Positions 1 to 9,152 of a stretch of DNA of 32,000 bases are shown one piece after another (the stretch's first letter is position 1; each line of letters opens with the position of its first letter). The DNA lies in the NCBI RefSeq assembly GCF_000172995.2, contig NC_014729.1, positions 1 to 32,000 on the forward strand. The letters run 5' to 3'. The stretch comes from Halogeometricum borinquense DSM 11551. GTDB lineage: Archaea > Halobacteriota > Halobacteria > Halobacteriales > Haloferacaceae. Made by a program: the position numbers and the translations under genes. The notes beneath the pieces are model-generated. The model ran no database searches, was not told where the DNA came from, and saw nothing but the letters and a program-made list of their open reading frames with translations.

Positions 1-23
1 CTCCGAACTGCTAGGCGAGTTCG

Positions 24-1067
24 ATGGACGCGCCCCTGTGGACGGAGACACACGCGCCCTCGCTCTCGGACCTGCCGCAGTCGGAGGTCCGCGACCGACT
101 GGGCCGAACGGTAGACGAACCGATGAATCTCGTACTGCAGGGGCCGCCGGGTGTCGGCAAGACGGCGGCCGTCCGCGCACTCGCCCGTAAGTCCCACGAG
201 GACCCCGAGAACGACCTCGTTGAGATCAACGTCGCGGACTTCTTCTCGCGGACGAAAAAGCAGATTCGCACCGATCCTCGATTCGAGCAGTTCCTCACCG
301 GCCGGAGTCGGATGGCAAAGCGCGATATGATTAGTCGCGTGTTGAAGGAGTCGGCGGGCTACGCGCCCGTCTCTGGCGACTACAAGACCATCCTGCTCGA
401 CAACGCCGAACACATCCGCGAAGACTTCCAGCAGGCGCTTCGCCGCGTGATGGAACAGCATCACCGCACCACACAGTTCGTCATCACGACGCGGCAACCG
501 ACGAAACTCATCCCGCCGATTCGCTCGCGGTGTTTCCCGGTTCCCGTCCGCGCACCCTCGACCGACGAGACGGAGGCTATTCTCAGCGACATTGCAGAGG
601 CCGAGGACGTGGCATACGACGAGATGGCGCTGAACATCATCGCCTCGAAGGCCGACGGCAACCTCCGAGAGGCCATTCTCGCCGCGCAGAGTGCCGCTGT
701 CGAGGGTGACGATGAGATAACGATGGAGTCGGCGCAGACGGCCCTCTCGGAAGTCGGCCACGACGACAAGTTGAAGGAGATTCTCGAGACGGCCCGCAAC
801 GGAGAGATACGGGACGCGAGAAAGACGATAACGACGCTGTTGGACGACGAGGGGTACGACGGGCAGGAACTGCTCCGTGACCTCCTCGCCATTGCTGACA
901 AGTATCCCGAAGAGTTCGGCGAGGCGGACGTGATGCGTCTACACCGCCTCGCGGGAGCGGTCGATTTAGACCTGACAGAAGGGCTTGACGACCGACTGCA
1001 CCTCACGCATCTGCTTTCAGCATGGGCGGCCGGTCAGCACGAACTGGACGAGGAGCAACTAGCCTAA
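24..1067 (+). CDS. Replication factor C small-subunit-type AAA+ clamp-loader protein (non-canonical paralogue)
   Basis: 347-aa ORF. N-terminal LWTE... start, Walker A GPPGVGKT and SRC motif (IRSRCF), as in RFC small subunits. The Walker B position reads ILLDNAEH rather than DEAD. Stop overlaps the next start (TAATG at 1065-1069). Confidence 0.85.
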   Translation: MDAPLWTETHAPSLSDLPQSEVRDRLGRTVDEPMNLVLQGPPGVGKTAAVRALARKSHEDPENDLVEINVADFFSRTKKQIRTDPRFEQFLTGRSRMAKRDMISRVLKESAGYAPVSGDYKTILLDNAEHIREDFQQALRRVMEQHHRTTQFVITTRQPTKLIPPIRSRCFPVPVRAPSTDETEAILSDIAEAEDVAYDEMALNIIASKADGNLREAILAAQSAAVEGDDEITMESAQTALSEVGHDDKLKEILETARNGEIRDARKTITTLLDDEGYDGQELLRDLLAIADKYPEEFGEADVMRLHRLAGAVDLDLTEGLDDRLHLTHLLSAWAAGQHELDEEQLA

Positions 1068-1672
1068 TGCGCTACGCGCCCGGTGTCCGACGGTTCGCGC
1101 TTCCCGCGTTCCTCGCGGCCGCCCTCTTTGCCGTCATCGCGCCACCGCTCTCCCTCGTCTCGCTTCTGGGAGGCGGATTCGTGCTGTGGTTCTTCCGTGA
1201 TCCAGAGCGGAGACCCTCGGCACAGGGCATCATTTCGCCCGCCGACGGTCGCGTGTCAGTTGTCCGCGAGGAGGGCGAACAGATCCGGATTGGCGTGTTT
1301 ATGAACGTCACCGACGTACACGTCAACCGCGCGCCGTTCGACGCGACGGTCGAGCGTGTCACCCACCGCTCCGGCGCACATCGCCCGGCGTTCTCGAAGG
1401 AATCCGAACGGAACGAGCGTGTTGACGTTGCTCTCCAGACGCCCGAGGGACCGGCAGAACTGTCGCTTATCGCCGGTGCGTTCGCTCGTCGGATCCACCC
1501 GTACATCGCGGAGAACGACGAACTCGCTCGGGGAGAACGAATCGGCCACATCGACTTCGGGAGTCGCGCTGACGTACTCCTCCCGCCGTGCTACGACCGC
1601 TCTGACCTCCTTGTCGAAGAGGGAGACACGCTCCGCGCCGGTGAGTCAGTCGTCGCGCGGCGTGCCGACTGA
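1067..1672 (+). CDS. asd: Phosphatidylserine/archaetidylserine decarboxylase-related proenzyme
   Basis: 201 aa from ATG 1067; the ORF-track start at 1022 lies inside the rfc 3' end. N-terminal TM segment, ISPADGRV, and G-S self-cleavage-type motif (IDFGSRADVLLP) typical of short PSD-like decarboxylases. Confidence 0.8.
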   Translation: MRYAPGVRRFALPAFLAAALFAVIAPPLSLVSLLGGGFVLWFFRDPERRPSAQGIISPADGRVSVVREEGEQIRIGVFMNVTDVHVNRAPFDATVERVTHRSGAHRPAFSKESERNERVDVALQTPEGPAELSLIAGAFARRIHPYIAENDELARGERIGHIDFGSRADVLLPPCYDRSDLLVEEGDTLRAGESVVARRAD

Positions 1673-1728
1673 ACGACAACACGTCTGTACAGCTACACTT
1701 ATCCAGTTGAAGGGAGTACCCACAGCCA

Positions 1729-1950
1729 ATGTCCTCCGAAGAAACCGGCGTCCTCGACACGTTCCTCAAGGGCGCGTTGAATCTCGAAACGCTCGTCGTC
1801 CTCCTCGCGTGTTGCGGCGCGCTCGGCTATCTGACGTACGAGTCGTTACTCTCGACCACTACCGCATTCCTCGCCGCGGTTGGCGGTGGTGCGGCGGGCA
1901 TCGTCGCAACCGTTGTACTGCTGGTACTCGGCCGTCGGTTCTGGTTCTGA
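1729..1950 (+). CDS. Small membrane protein, unknown function
   Basis: 73-aa ORF with an acidic N-terminus, two hydrophobic helix-like stretches and GC-rich third codon positions. No family recognised. Confidence 0.5.
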   Translation: MSSEETGVLDTFLKGALNLETLVVLLACCGALGYLTYESLLSTTTAFLAAVGGGAAGIVATVVLLVLGRRFWF

Positions 1951-2065
1951 GCGAGTGCTTTCGGTCTCGATGTCCCTGGTACTGACACTCACCGCCGCAC
2001 CGGTCATCGAACGCCGATCATGTTTGTAAGGCAACTGTTATTGGGTTGATCCGAGTAGCGCAGCC

Positions 2066-2455
2066 ATGTCCAGACCCTCCAGATGGTGGTACGGCGTCGT
2101 GCCGTTCCCCCTCGTCGTCCTTACCGCACTGCTGTCGCGTTTTGCTGTGCATCGGTTCATCAAACTCTCCACGTCCGGCAGTGGAGAATCGGACTCCGTC
2201 GCCGCAATCGCCTCGTTTCTCCTTTCGAGTTTCGCCGATTTGGTCGGCCTCTCCGTCGCCCTGTTCGTTCTCGTCTGTCTCATCCTCGACGTGCGGGCAC
2301 TCCGACGAGACAGTGCGTGGTCACCGAGTTGGGCGTGGGGACTCGCAGGCGTCGTCCACCTCGTCGGAACCATGTTCACCACCCTTCTCGTCGTCTCGGT
2401 CCCGGCGCTCTCGGTGTATCTCTATCGCCGCCGCGGACAAGTCGGACTGCGTTAG
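2066..2455 (+). CDS. Membrane protein, unknown function
   Basis: 129-aa ORF with about four hydrophobic segments. Two longer overlapping ORFs in other frames (2046.., 2083..) are Arg/Ser-rich and look like frame artefacts. Confidence 0.55.
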   Translation: MSRPSRWWYGVVPFPLVVLTALLSRFAVHRFIKLSTSGSGESDSVAAIASFLLSSFADLVGLSVALFVLVCLILDVRALRRDSAWSPSWAWGLAGVVHLVGTMFTTLLVVSVPALSVYLYRRRGQVGLR

Positions 2456-2460
2456 CCCCG

Positions 2461-3450
2461 TTAGGTTCGCGAGAGAACGTGGACGTGCCGGTCCAGCGAG
2501 CGATGTACTCGGCGTTCGAACCGCGCGTCTACGGTCCATCCGGCGTCTTCGGCTTCCGCATCCCACGGCCGGTCAGCGATGAGGACGGCTGCGGGAGCCA
2601 CGCGTGCCGCCTCCGCAAGCGCACCGCCTACGAGGTCCGAGAGTTCGTGGCGGGCGATTTTCGACTGCCGACCGTACGGTGCATCGAACACTACTGCGTC
2701 GGCCGCGTCGTCGCAAAGGGGGAGCGAAGTAGCGTCACCACGGACGACATCCCATTCAGCGTCTGGAAGGTACGCCGTGAGGTTCTCGCGTGCCCCGCGA
2801 GCCATTTTCGACTGCGCATCGTTACCCACGCCGCGTGCGCCGACGAGTCCCGCTTCGATGAGGATGCCGCCAGTACCGCACATCGGATCCACGACTGTCG
2901 CGTCCGGTAAGTCGGGTCCCGCCGCGAGGTTCACGTACGCGCGGGCGTCCAAGGGATCCATACTGCCCGGTTGGAAGAACGGGCGGTCGGTCGGAGCGCG
3001 ACTCCCGAAGTCGCGGACGCTGGCGGCCGCTTCCCATCCGAGAAGGCAGGTATCGTCGGCAAAAAGGGCGCGGAGGACGTGATCGGGGTCGTCCAGATCG
3101 ACCTCGAACCCGCGGTCAACGAGGACGCCGCCGAGCGCGCGTTCGGCGGCCGACGCACTCACACCCGAAGAAGAACGCACGTCGCGTCCGCGAACGGCGA
3201 CGCTCCCCTCACGGTCGAACGAAGCGGCCGAGAGCAGGGCGACCGCACTCTCGACATCGGCGTCCGTTCGCCCGAGAAGTTCCGAGACGTGATGGGTGTA
3301 CGCGAGGGTCGGCACGCGACCGAGACGGACGCCGCGGGCCGTCGCTAACCCGGGTGCAACCCGTTCGACGGCCGTGGCGGCGGCGCGTTCGGCTTCGAGG
3401 GCGGCGAGGGATTCGTCAGCCTCCTCACCGGCGAGTTCGAGGCAGTACAC
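2461..3450 (-). CDS. THUMP-domain tRNA (guanine-N2)-methyltransferase (Trm-G10/Trm11-like)
   Basis: SAM motif I DPMCGTGGILIEAG and motif IV FDAPYG, with an N-terminal THUMP-like region. I place the start at GTG 3450 (V-YCLELAGEE), giving 329 aa. The ORF-track extension to 3585 is basic and encoded by intergenic direct repeats. Confidence 0.8.
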   Translation of the reverse strand: MYCLELAGEEADESLAALEAERAAATAVERVAPGLATARGVRLGRVPTLAYTHHVSELLGRTDADVESAVALLSAASFDREGSVAVRGRDVRSSSGVSASAAERALGGVLVDRGFEVDLDDPDHVLRALFADDTCLLGWEAAASVRDFGSRAPTDRPFFQPGSMDPLDARAYVNLAAGPDLPDATVVDPMCGTGGILIEAGLVGARGVGNDAQSKMARGARENLTAYLPDAEWDVVRGDATSLPLCDDAADAVVFDAPYGRQSKIARHELSDLVGGALAEAARVAPAAVLIADRPWDAEAEDAGWTVDARFERRVHRSLDRHVHVLSRT

Positions 3451-3494
3451 GCTCGGAGCGTGTCCATCCGCGCGTATCAGCGTATCGATGCTGG

Positions 3495-3552
3495 TCGTTC
3501 GGCTGTCGGCGCGGATCGTTCGGCTGTCAACGATTCTAGTCGTTCGACTGTC
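3495..3552. promoter_or_regulatory. Three direct repeats TCGTTCG(G/A)CTGTC in a divergent intergenic region
   Basis: Copies at 3495-3507, 3516-3528 and 3540-3552 (one mismatch in the third), spaced 21 and 24 bp. They sit just upstream of a TATAAG (3563-3568) about 25 nt before ATG 3591. Confidence 0.4.
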
Positions 3553-3590
3553 CGACCGACGGTATAAGTCATCGGACGGCCTCATCTCCG

Positions 3591-3950
3591 ATGATGCCGG
3601 GTCTCGCTTCGTTCATCTCGTTTCCGTCAGCGGTTCCGATGCTCGACGCCGTCCTGTGGGTTATCGCCGTCATCTTCTACGGTATCGGGGACTACGTTAC
3701 CACCATCGCGGCGACATCGCGCCCCGGGGCGCGCGAGCGAAATCCATTCGTTCGACGCCTGTTCGACGGAATTCCCGTTCCGCCGTCGATGACGTTCGCC
3801 GCCGCAAAAGTCACCGCGTTCGCCTTCTTCGTCGTGGGCTATGCCACGATCGGTTCATCACTGCTTCGTCCCCTGATTCCGGGCGTCGTCGCCGCCATCG
3901 GTATCCTCGTGACGATTCAGAATATCCGGGTACTCGGCGTGAAGAGCTGA
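3591..3950 (+). CDS. Small integral membrane protein, unknown function
   Basis: 119-aa ORF with 3-4 hydrophobic helices and a conserved-looking GIGDYVTT...RERNPF segment. TATA-like box about 25 nt upstream. Confidence 0.6.
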   Translation: MMPGLASFISFPSAVPMLDAVLWVIAVIFYGIGDYVTTIAATSRPGARERNPFVRRLFDGIPVPPSMTFAAAKVTAFAFFVVGYATIGSSLLRPLIPGVVAAIGILVTIQNIRVLGVKS

Positions 3951-3982
3951 ACTGTCAGTGTCTGCACTAACCTTTTTCAACC

Positions 3983-3989
3983 TTAAATA
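3983..3989 (+). promoter_or_regulatory. Candidate TATA box of the tbp promoter
   Basis: TTAAATA centred about 22 nt upstream of ATG 4008, preceded by a T-rich stretch. This fits a leaderless or short-leader archaeal transcript. Confidence 0.35.
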
Positions 3990-4007
3990 CGTCATTTAAG
4001 TCGTCGC

Positions 4008-4571
4008 ATGACCGACCCCAAGGATACTATCAACATCGAGAATGTCGTCGCCTCGACCGGTATCGGTCAGGAACTCGACCTCCAGAGCGTGGCGATGGAC
4101 CTCGAGGGTGCGGACTACGACCCCGAGCAGTTTCCCGGTCTCGTCTACCGGACGCAAGAACCCAAATCTGCGGCGCTTATCTTCCGCTCCGGTAAAATCG
4201 TCTGTACCGGTGCGAAATCGACGGACGACGTACACGAGAGCCTCAATCTCGTCTTCGACAAACTCCGTGCACTGCAGATCCCGGTCGATGACGAACCGGA
4301 TATTACGGTCCAGAACATCGTCACTTCGGCTGATCTCGGCCGGAACCTGAACCTCAACGCGATTGCCATCGGTCTCGGACTGGAGAACATCGAGTACGAA
4401 CCAGAGCAGTTCCCCGGGTTGGTCTACCGTCTCGACTCACCGGATGTCGTCGCGCTTCTGTTCGGGTCGGGCAAACTCGTCATCACGGGCGGTAAACACC
4501 CGTCTGACGCCGAAGGAGCGGTGGACGAAATCGTCTCTCGTCTGAGCGACCTCGGTCTGTACGGCGGATAG
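4008..4571 (+). CDS. tbp: TATA-box binding protein
   Basis: 187 aa with the two TBP repeats: NIVAS..GQELDL...EQFPGLVYR...SGKIVCTGAKS, then NIVTSADLG..LNLN...EQFPGLVYRL...SGKLVITGGK. Confidence 0.97.
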   Translation: MTDPKDTINIENVVASTGIGQELDLQSVAMDLEGADYDPEQFPGLVYRTQEPKSAALIFRSGKIVCTGAKSTDDVHESLNLVFDKLRALQIPVDDEPDITVQNIVTSADLGRNLNLNAIAIGLGLENIEYEPEQFPGLVYRLDSPDVVALLFGSGKLVITGGKHPSDAEGAVDEIVSRLSDLGLYGG

Positions 4572-4623
4572 CGCTCGGCTTTCTTTCGACGGACGAATAT
4601 ACGCGCCTAAGTCGTCGGCGTTC

Positions 4624-5019
4624 GTGCGTCCGAACATGACGCTACCCGCCACGCCGTTGCAGTCCGGAGCCTCGGGCAGTGCCCTCGCTGTCGCAGGGAC
4701 GTTCGCCTCGCTGGCGCTGTTTCTCTCCCTAACCGCTCACATCGCCGCGCGGAACGTCCTCGGCGACGTGCCAGTCAAGTACGCGTTCGTCGTCGGTCCG
4801 ATTCCGGCGGCTATCGCCGTCGTCGTCACCACGTTCGAACTCAACTCCTATCTCGGTGTCTTCGTCGCCATCATCTTAGACGGCGTGGCGGTGAAGTATC
4901 TCTACGGGCAGTCGAACCGACTGTCAGGGTACATCACGTTCATCCACGTGATCGTCTCAATCATTATCGGGACTGTCCTGTACGCCTTATTGGCTCTCTT
5001 GAGTACGGCCCCGGTGTAG
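4624..5019 (+). CDS. Membrane protein, unknown function
   Basis: 131-aa ORF (GTG 4624; alternative ATG 4636) with four hydrophobic helices. Confidence 0.6.
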   Translation: MRPNMTLPATPLQSGASGSALAVAGTFASLALFLSLTAHIAARNVLGDVPVKYAFVVGPIPAAIAVVVTTFELNSYLGVFVAIILDGVAVKYLYGQSNRLSGYITFIHVIVSIIIGTVLYALLALLSTAPV

Positions 5020-5068
5020 ATAGGTCGAACACGGCGCAGTCGGCTACTTTCTTGCCCCCACAGTTCGA

Positions 5069-6019
5069 ATGCTGACTGTGAACCTCCGTGCACTCGTCTG
5101 GAATGCGGACGAGCGGCGTCCGCCCGCTCCAGTCCGTCTGATGCTGGCAGTAGTTGCGCTCATCGTCTCCGTCCTCCTGCTCGGTCTCTTCCTCAGTTTG
5201 TTTTTCACCACGACGCCCATTACGTCCGCCTCCTTCGGCCTCTCGTTCGTCGCAATTCTCTTTCCCGGCGTCCTTGCCGTCGGACTTGCTGTCGTCGTTG
5301 ACCGCAGGACGATAGCCGACCTCGGATTCGGGTTCGACAGAGACTGGTGGATCGACCTCGGGTTCGGTCTATTCCTCGGAGCGGCCCTCATGACCGCCAT
5401 CTTCCTCGTCGCCCTCGCCGCCGGATGGGTTCGCGTTGAGGGAACGCTCACCGGCGGGTCACGCGGATTCCTTGCCGGATTCACGTTGTTGACGATCCAG
5501 TTTCTCGCCGTCGGCGTCTCCGAAGAAATCGTCTCGCGCGGCTACCTCCTCACAAACGTCGCCGAGGGGTTGTCAGGCTACACCACCCGATTCGTCGCCG
5601 CGAGTACCGCTGTCCTCTTTTCCTCGGTTGTCTTCGGGGCCGCACACCTCCAAAATCCGAACGCAACGCTCGTGAGTACGGTTGGGATCTCGCTGGCAGG
5701 TATCTTCCTCGCTATCGGCTACGTGCTCACCGACGAACTCGCCATTCCCATCGGTCTGCACATCACGTGGAATCTGTTTCAGGGCGGCGTGTACGGATTC
5801 GCCGTCAGCGGACTCGGCGTCAGCGCGAACGTCGTGGATACGGTCGAGACAGGACCCGACCTGTTCACTGGCGGCGCGTTCGGTCCCGAGGCGGGACTCC
5901 TCGGCGTCTTCGCCATCATTCTCGGGACGTTTCTGATCATCGGCTACGTCCGGTGGCGATACGGCGAAGCGCGACTCGCACCCGGTCTATTCTCTCCCGA
6001 ACTGCGCTGGCGGGAGTGA
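5069..6019 (+). CDS. CPBP-family intramembrane glutamic endopeptidase (CAAX protease/Abi-like)
   Basis: 316-aa polytopic protein with CPBP motifs EEIVSRGY, FGAAHLQN and HITWNLF. Confidence 0.85.
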   Translation: MLTVNLRALVWNADERRPPAPVRLMLAVVALIVSVLLLGLFLSLFFTTTPITSASFGLSFVAILFPGVLAVGLAVVVDRRTIADLGFGFDRDWWIDLGFGLFLGAALMTAIFLVALAAGWVRVEGTLTGGSRGFLAGFTLLTIQFLAVGVSEEIVSRGYLLTNVAEGLSGYTTRFVAASTAVLFSSVVFGAAHLQNPNATLVSTVGISLAGIFLAIGYVLTDELAIPIGLHITWNLFQGGVYGFAVSGLGVSANVVDTVETGPDLFTGGAFGPEAGLLGVFAIILGTFLIIGYVRWRYGEARLAPGLFSPELRWRE

Positions 6020-6051
6020 TGTCCGGCACGCGGCGAGCGACTGGGAGACAC

Positions 6052-6897
6052 CTACTCGACCAATCGCTCGATTTCGGTGACGAGGATGCCCGATGCGCCA
6101 ACGGACTTCAGATCGTTTACGACCTCGAAGACGTGGCGTTCGTCCACGACAGCGTGGACCGCGACCATATCGTCGCCCGCGACATCCATCACCGTCGGCC
6201 CGCCGAGACCGGGAAGCACCTCGCGCACGTCGTCCAGTCGTTCTTGGGGCACGTTCATCATCACGTAGCGTTTGTCCTCCGCGGCGATGACCGACTGGAA
6301 CGCCGTCACTAACTGATCGACTTTCGGGTCGTCAACCACGTCGGGACGGGCGAACAGGCGAACCGAAGAAGAGAGTACCTCGTCCACGATAGCGAGACGG
6401 TTCACGCGAAGCGTCGTCCCCGTAGAAGTGATGTCGATGATGGCATCCGCCATCTCGACGTGTGGGGTGAGTTCCGTCGCACCGGAGACTTCGACGACAT
6501 CCGCCTCGACACCCTGCTCATCGAAGTAGTTCCGAGCGATGGTTGGGAACTCCGTCGCCACGATTTTGCCCGCCACGTCTTCGACCGACTCGATATCGCC
6601 GTCCTCGGGCGCGGCGAGAACGAGGCGACAGGATCCGAACTGCAGATCAACCAGTTCTTCGAGGTCGTGGCCGGACTCGCGCATCTGGTCGAGACCGGTG
6701 ATTCCGACAGCGGCCGCCCCGTCGCGGACGTACTCGGGAATATCGGCCGCGCGGGCGAACAGCACTGTGACATCGGGATCAACGGTGTCAGCGTACAGTT
6801 TCCGGTCGGCACCGCTCTGAATGTGGAGTCCGGCGCGTTCGAGGAGTTCGACGCTCGGATCGTGGAGACGCCCCTTGTTGGGCACGGCGATACGCAT
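6052..6897 (-). CDS. hisG: ATP phosphoribosyltransferase
   Basis: 281 aa, [11 protein letters not shown]...ADIPEYV..G..AVGITG.D. Long-form HisG with a C-terminal regulatory domain. Confidence 0.95.
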   Translation of the reverse strand: MRIAVPNKGRLHDPSVELLERAGLHIQSGADRKLYADTVDPDVTVLFARAADIPEYVRDGAAAVGITGLDQMRESGHDLEELVDLQFGSCRLVLAAPEDGDIESVEDVAGKIVATEFPTIARNYFDEQGVEADVVEVSGATELTPHVEMADAIIDITSTGTTLRVNRLAIVDEVLSSSVRLFARPDVVDDPKVDQLVTAFQSVIAAEDKRYVMMNVPQERLDDVREVLPGLGGPTVMDVAGDDMVAVHAVVDERHVFEVVNDLKSVGASGILVTEIERLVE

Positions 6898-6987
6898 ACG
6901 AGGTTCTCTCGGCGATGGAACCTACACCTTTCGCTCCCGGTGAGGTTGGACGCCGCTCTCCCGCCCAAACGTTAAGTAACCGACTGT

Positions 6988-7509
6988 TCAGTCCGCGTCC
7001 ACAGGCGTCTCCGCCCCGGTGGAGTGTTCCACGTCGCGTCCAGCCGTTCCGACAGTCTCGGAGTCGAGACGCGCGAGCAACGCCGCCGTCGCCGCCGGGC
7101 GTTCGAGAACCAGCGTCACGCGATTTCTGATGTCGCGTTCCTTTCGCACGATTCCCTCTTCCTCTAAGTGGCCGACGTGCCATTCGAGCGTACTCCGCGC
7201 GACGCCGAGATCTTCAGCGAGCGAGGCAGGTCGTGCCTCCTCGGCGTCGAGGAGAGTTGTGAGGATGTTTCGCGCCGTCTCGCGGTGGTAGAGGGCAACA
7301 GTCGCACGTTCCCATTCGGTGAGTCCGGGCGGGTAGTAGTGCGTCCGGCCGTAGAACTCCTCGCGGACGAGTCGATCAGAATCGATGAGACGGCGGACGT
7401 GATGCTGTACCTGACCGGGCGCAAGATCCAACGAACGGACGAGTCCGTTGAAGTGAATACCCGGATGCGAGTCGACGTACGTTCGAATCTGAATTCGTGT
7501 GTCGGTCAT
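6988..7509 (-). CDS. Winged helix-turn-helix transcriptional regulator (two wHTH-like halves)
   Basis: 173 aa. The segments IRTYVDSHPGIHFNGLVRSLDLAPGQVQHHVRRL and LAEDLGVARSTLEWHVGHLEEEGIV resemble ArsR/TrmB-type wHTH. Confidence 0.75.
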   Translation of the reverse strand: MTDTRIQIRTYVDSHPGIHFNGLVRSLDLAPGQVQHHVRRLIDSDRLVREEFYGRTHYYPPGLTEWERATVALYHRETARNILTTLLDAEEARPASLAEDLGVARSTLEWHVGHLEEEGIVRKERDIRNRVTLVLERPAATAALLARLDSETVGTAGRDVEHSTGAETPVDAD

Positions 7510-7721
7510 CTATCGCTCCCATCGACGCGCCGCGCCGACGCGCCGACGTGTTACTCGCCGTTCGGTTCTCATGGGGGGTAAGTTGGGTCGTCGATTCTCG
7601 AAAATCGGGAATCGGATACCTCGGCCGTTTTCACTGGTGGTTTCGGCAGATAACGTCTCGTGTTGCCGCGTGCCAAACTCGACCCGATGGAGTCATACGG
7701 CCGCCGTCGGTACGGCCGTGC

Positions 7722-9023
7722 ATGAACGCACTCTGTATTATCGGTGGGCGAGTTCTCCGCCCAGACTGTTCTGTCGAGAACGCCGACGTAGTCATCGATA
7801 CCGACACGGGTCGCATTCACGACATTGGAGAGGACATTGCGGCCGACTACGACGCCGCAGAGACACTCGACGCTGACGGCTGTCTGGTCATGCCGGGTCT
7901 CGTCAACGCCCATACGCACGTTGCCATGACGCTTCTCCGCGGGTATGCCGACGACAAACCGCTCGATTCGTGGCTTCGAGAGGACATCTGGCCCGCAGAA
8001 GCCGAACTCGAACCCGAAGACGTGCGTGCCGGGACCGAACTCGGTCTCATCGAGATGATTCGATCCGGGACGACGACGTTTGCTGATATGTACTTCGAGG
8101 TGCCCGAGATAGCCGCCGCCGTCGAAGCGTCGGGAATGCGCGCCCGTCTCGGTCACGGGATCGTCACCGTCGCCAAAGACGATGCGGAGGCTGCCACTGA
8201 CATCGAGGAGGGCCTCCGCGTCGCCCGCGAGTTCGACGGCGCGGCCGACGGCCGGATTCACACCGCGTTCATGCCGCACTCGCTGACGACCGTTGACGAG
8301 AAGTTCCTCCGCGAATCCGTGGCGACGGCCCGCGAGAACGAGATTCCCCTGCACTTCCACGCCAACGAGACGACGGATGAGGTCGATCCCATCGTTGAGG
8401 AGCGCGACCAGCGGCCGCTCGCGTACGCAGACGAGCTTGGAATGGTCAGCGAGGAAGACTTCCTCGCACACGGCGTCCACGTCGATGCAGCGGAGATCGA
8501 ACTGCTGGCCGAACGCGGGACCGGTGTGATTCACTGCCCGGCCTCGAACATGAAACTCGCCTCGGGCATCGCACCCGTCCAGCAGATGCTCGACGCGGGC
8601 GTTACCGTCGGCATCGGAACCGACGGGGCCGCCTCGAACAACGACCTCGACATGTTCGACGAACTGCGCGACGCTGCGATGCTGGGCAAACTCGGCGCAG
8701 ACGACGCCTCCGCTGTTCCTGCTGAAGCGGCGATCACGGCCGCAACGGCCGGCAGTGCGGACGCGATCGGTCTTCCCGGCGGGCGCATCGAAGAAGGCGG
8801 CGTCGCCGACATTGCCGTCGTTGACCTCGATGCACCACACCTCGCGCCCGCACACGACGTGGTGAGCCATCTCGCCTACGCCGTCCGCGGGTCGGACGTG
8901 CGCCACACCATCTGCGACGGACAGATCCTGATGCGTGACCGCGAAGTACTAACGCTAGACGAGGAGGAAGTCGTGGAGACGGCGTGTGAACGGGCGATGG
9001 CGCTGGTCGAGCGGGCGGAATAG
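7722..9023 (+). CDS. mtaD: Amidohydrolase: 5'-methylthioadenosine/S-adenosylhomocysteine deaminase
   Basis: 433 aa from ATG 7722 (MNALCIIGGRVL...). Metal-binding NAHTHVAMTLLRGYADD, HANET and GTDGAASNNDLDM match MtaD-type deaminases. The upstream part of the 7497 ORF is basic and non-protein-like. Confidence 0.85.
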   Translation: MNALCIIGGRVLRPDCSVENADVVIDTDTGRIHDIGEDIAADYDAAETLDADGCLVMPGLVNAHTHVAMTLLRGYADDKPLDSWLREDIWPAEAELEPEDVRAGTELGLIEMIRSGTTTFADMYFEVPEIAAAVEASGMRARLGHGIVTVAKDDAEAATDIEEGLRVAREFDGAADGRIHTAFMPHSLTTVDEKFLRESVATARENEIPLHFHANETTDEVDPIVEERDQRPLAYADELGMVSEEDFLAHGVHVDAAEIELLAERGTGVIHCPASNMKLASGIAPVQQMLDAGVTVGIGTDGAASNNDLDMFDELRDAAMLGKLGADDASAVPAEAAITAATAGSADAIGLPGGRIEEGGVADIAVVDLDAPHLAPAHDVVSHLAYAVRGSDVRHTICDGQILMRDREVLTLDEEEVVETACERAMALVERAE

Positions 9024-9152
9024 CCGTCAGAGATCACGTCTCCGCGAGCGAAGCGAGACAGTTTTTGCGAGAAGCAGTGTGCCTTCGGCGCATCCGACGA
9101 AGCAAAAAGCTGGTTCGGTAGGATTTTGCCGTGCCTCCGCAAAGCGTCGCCC

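Noticed and set aside
2461-3585. Full 374-aa ORF for the THUMP methyltransferase with an N-terminal RSDSRTTRIVDSRTIRADSRTT extension.
   Set aside because: The extension is basic, repetitive and encoded by intergenic 13-bp direct repeats. A GTG at 3450 gives a typical length and N-terminus.
7470-7495. GTTCGAATC, a tRNA T-arm-like string; also GGTTCGAAC near 25425.
   Set aside because: No acceptor stem, D-arm or anticodon arm can be drawn around either. The first lies inside a well-supported CDS. No tRNA genes were identified in the window.
7569-8906. 445-aa minus-strand ORF antisense to the deaminase gene. Similar long antisense ORFs lie at 9027-10058 (vs ahcY), 10740-11390 (vs hjc) and 29691-31220 (vs tatC).
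   Set aside because: These are typical high-GC antisense open frames. Their translations are Arg/Val/Gly-rich with no motifs, while the sense strands encode unmistakable conserved proteins.
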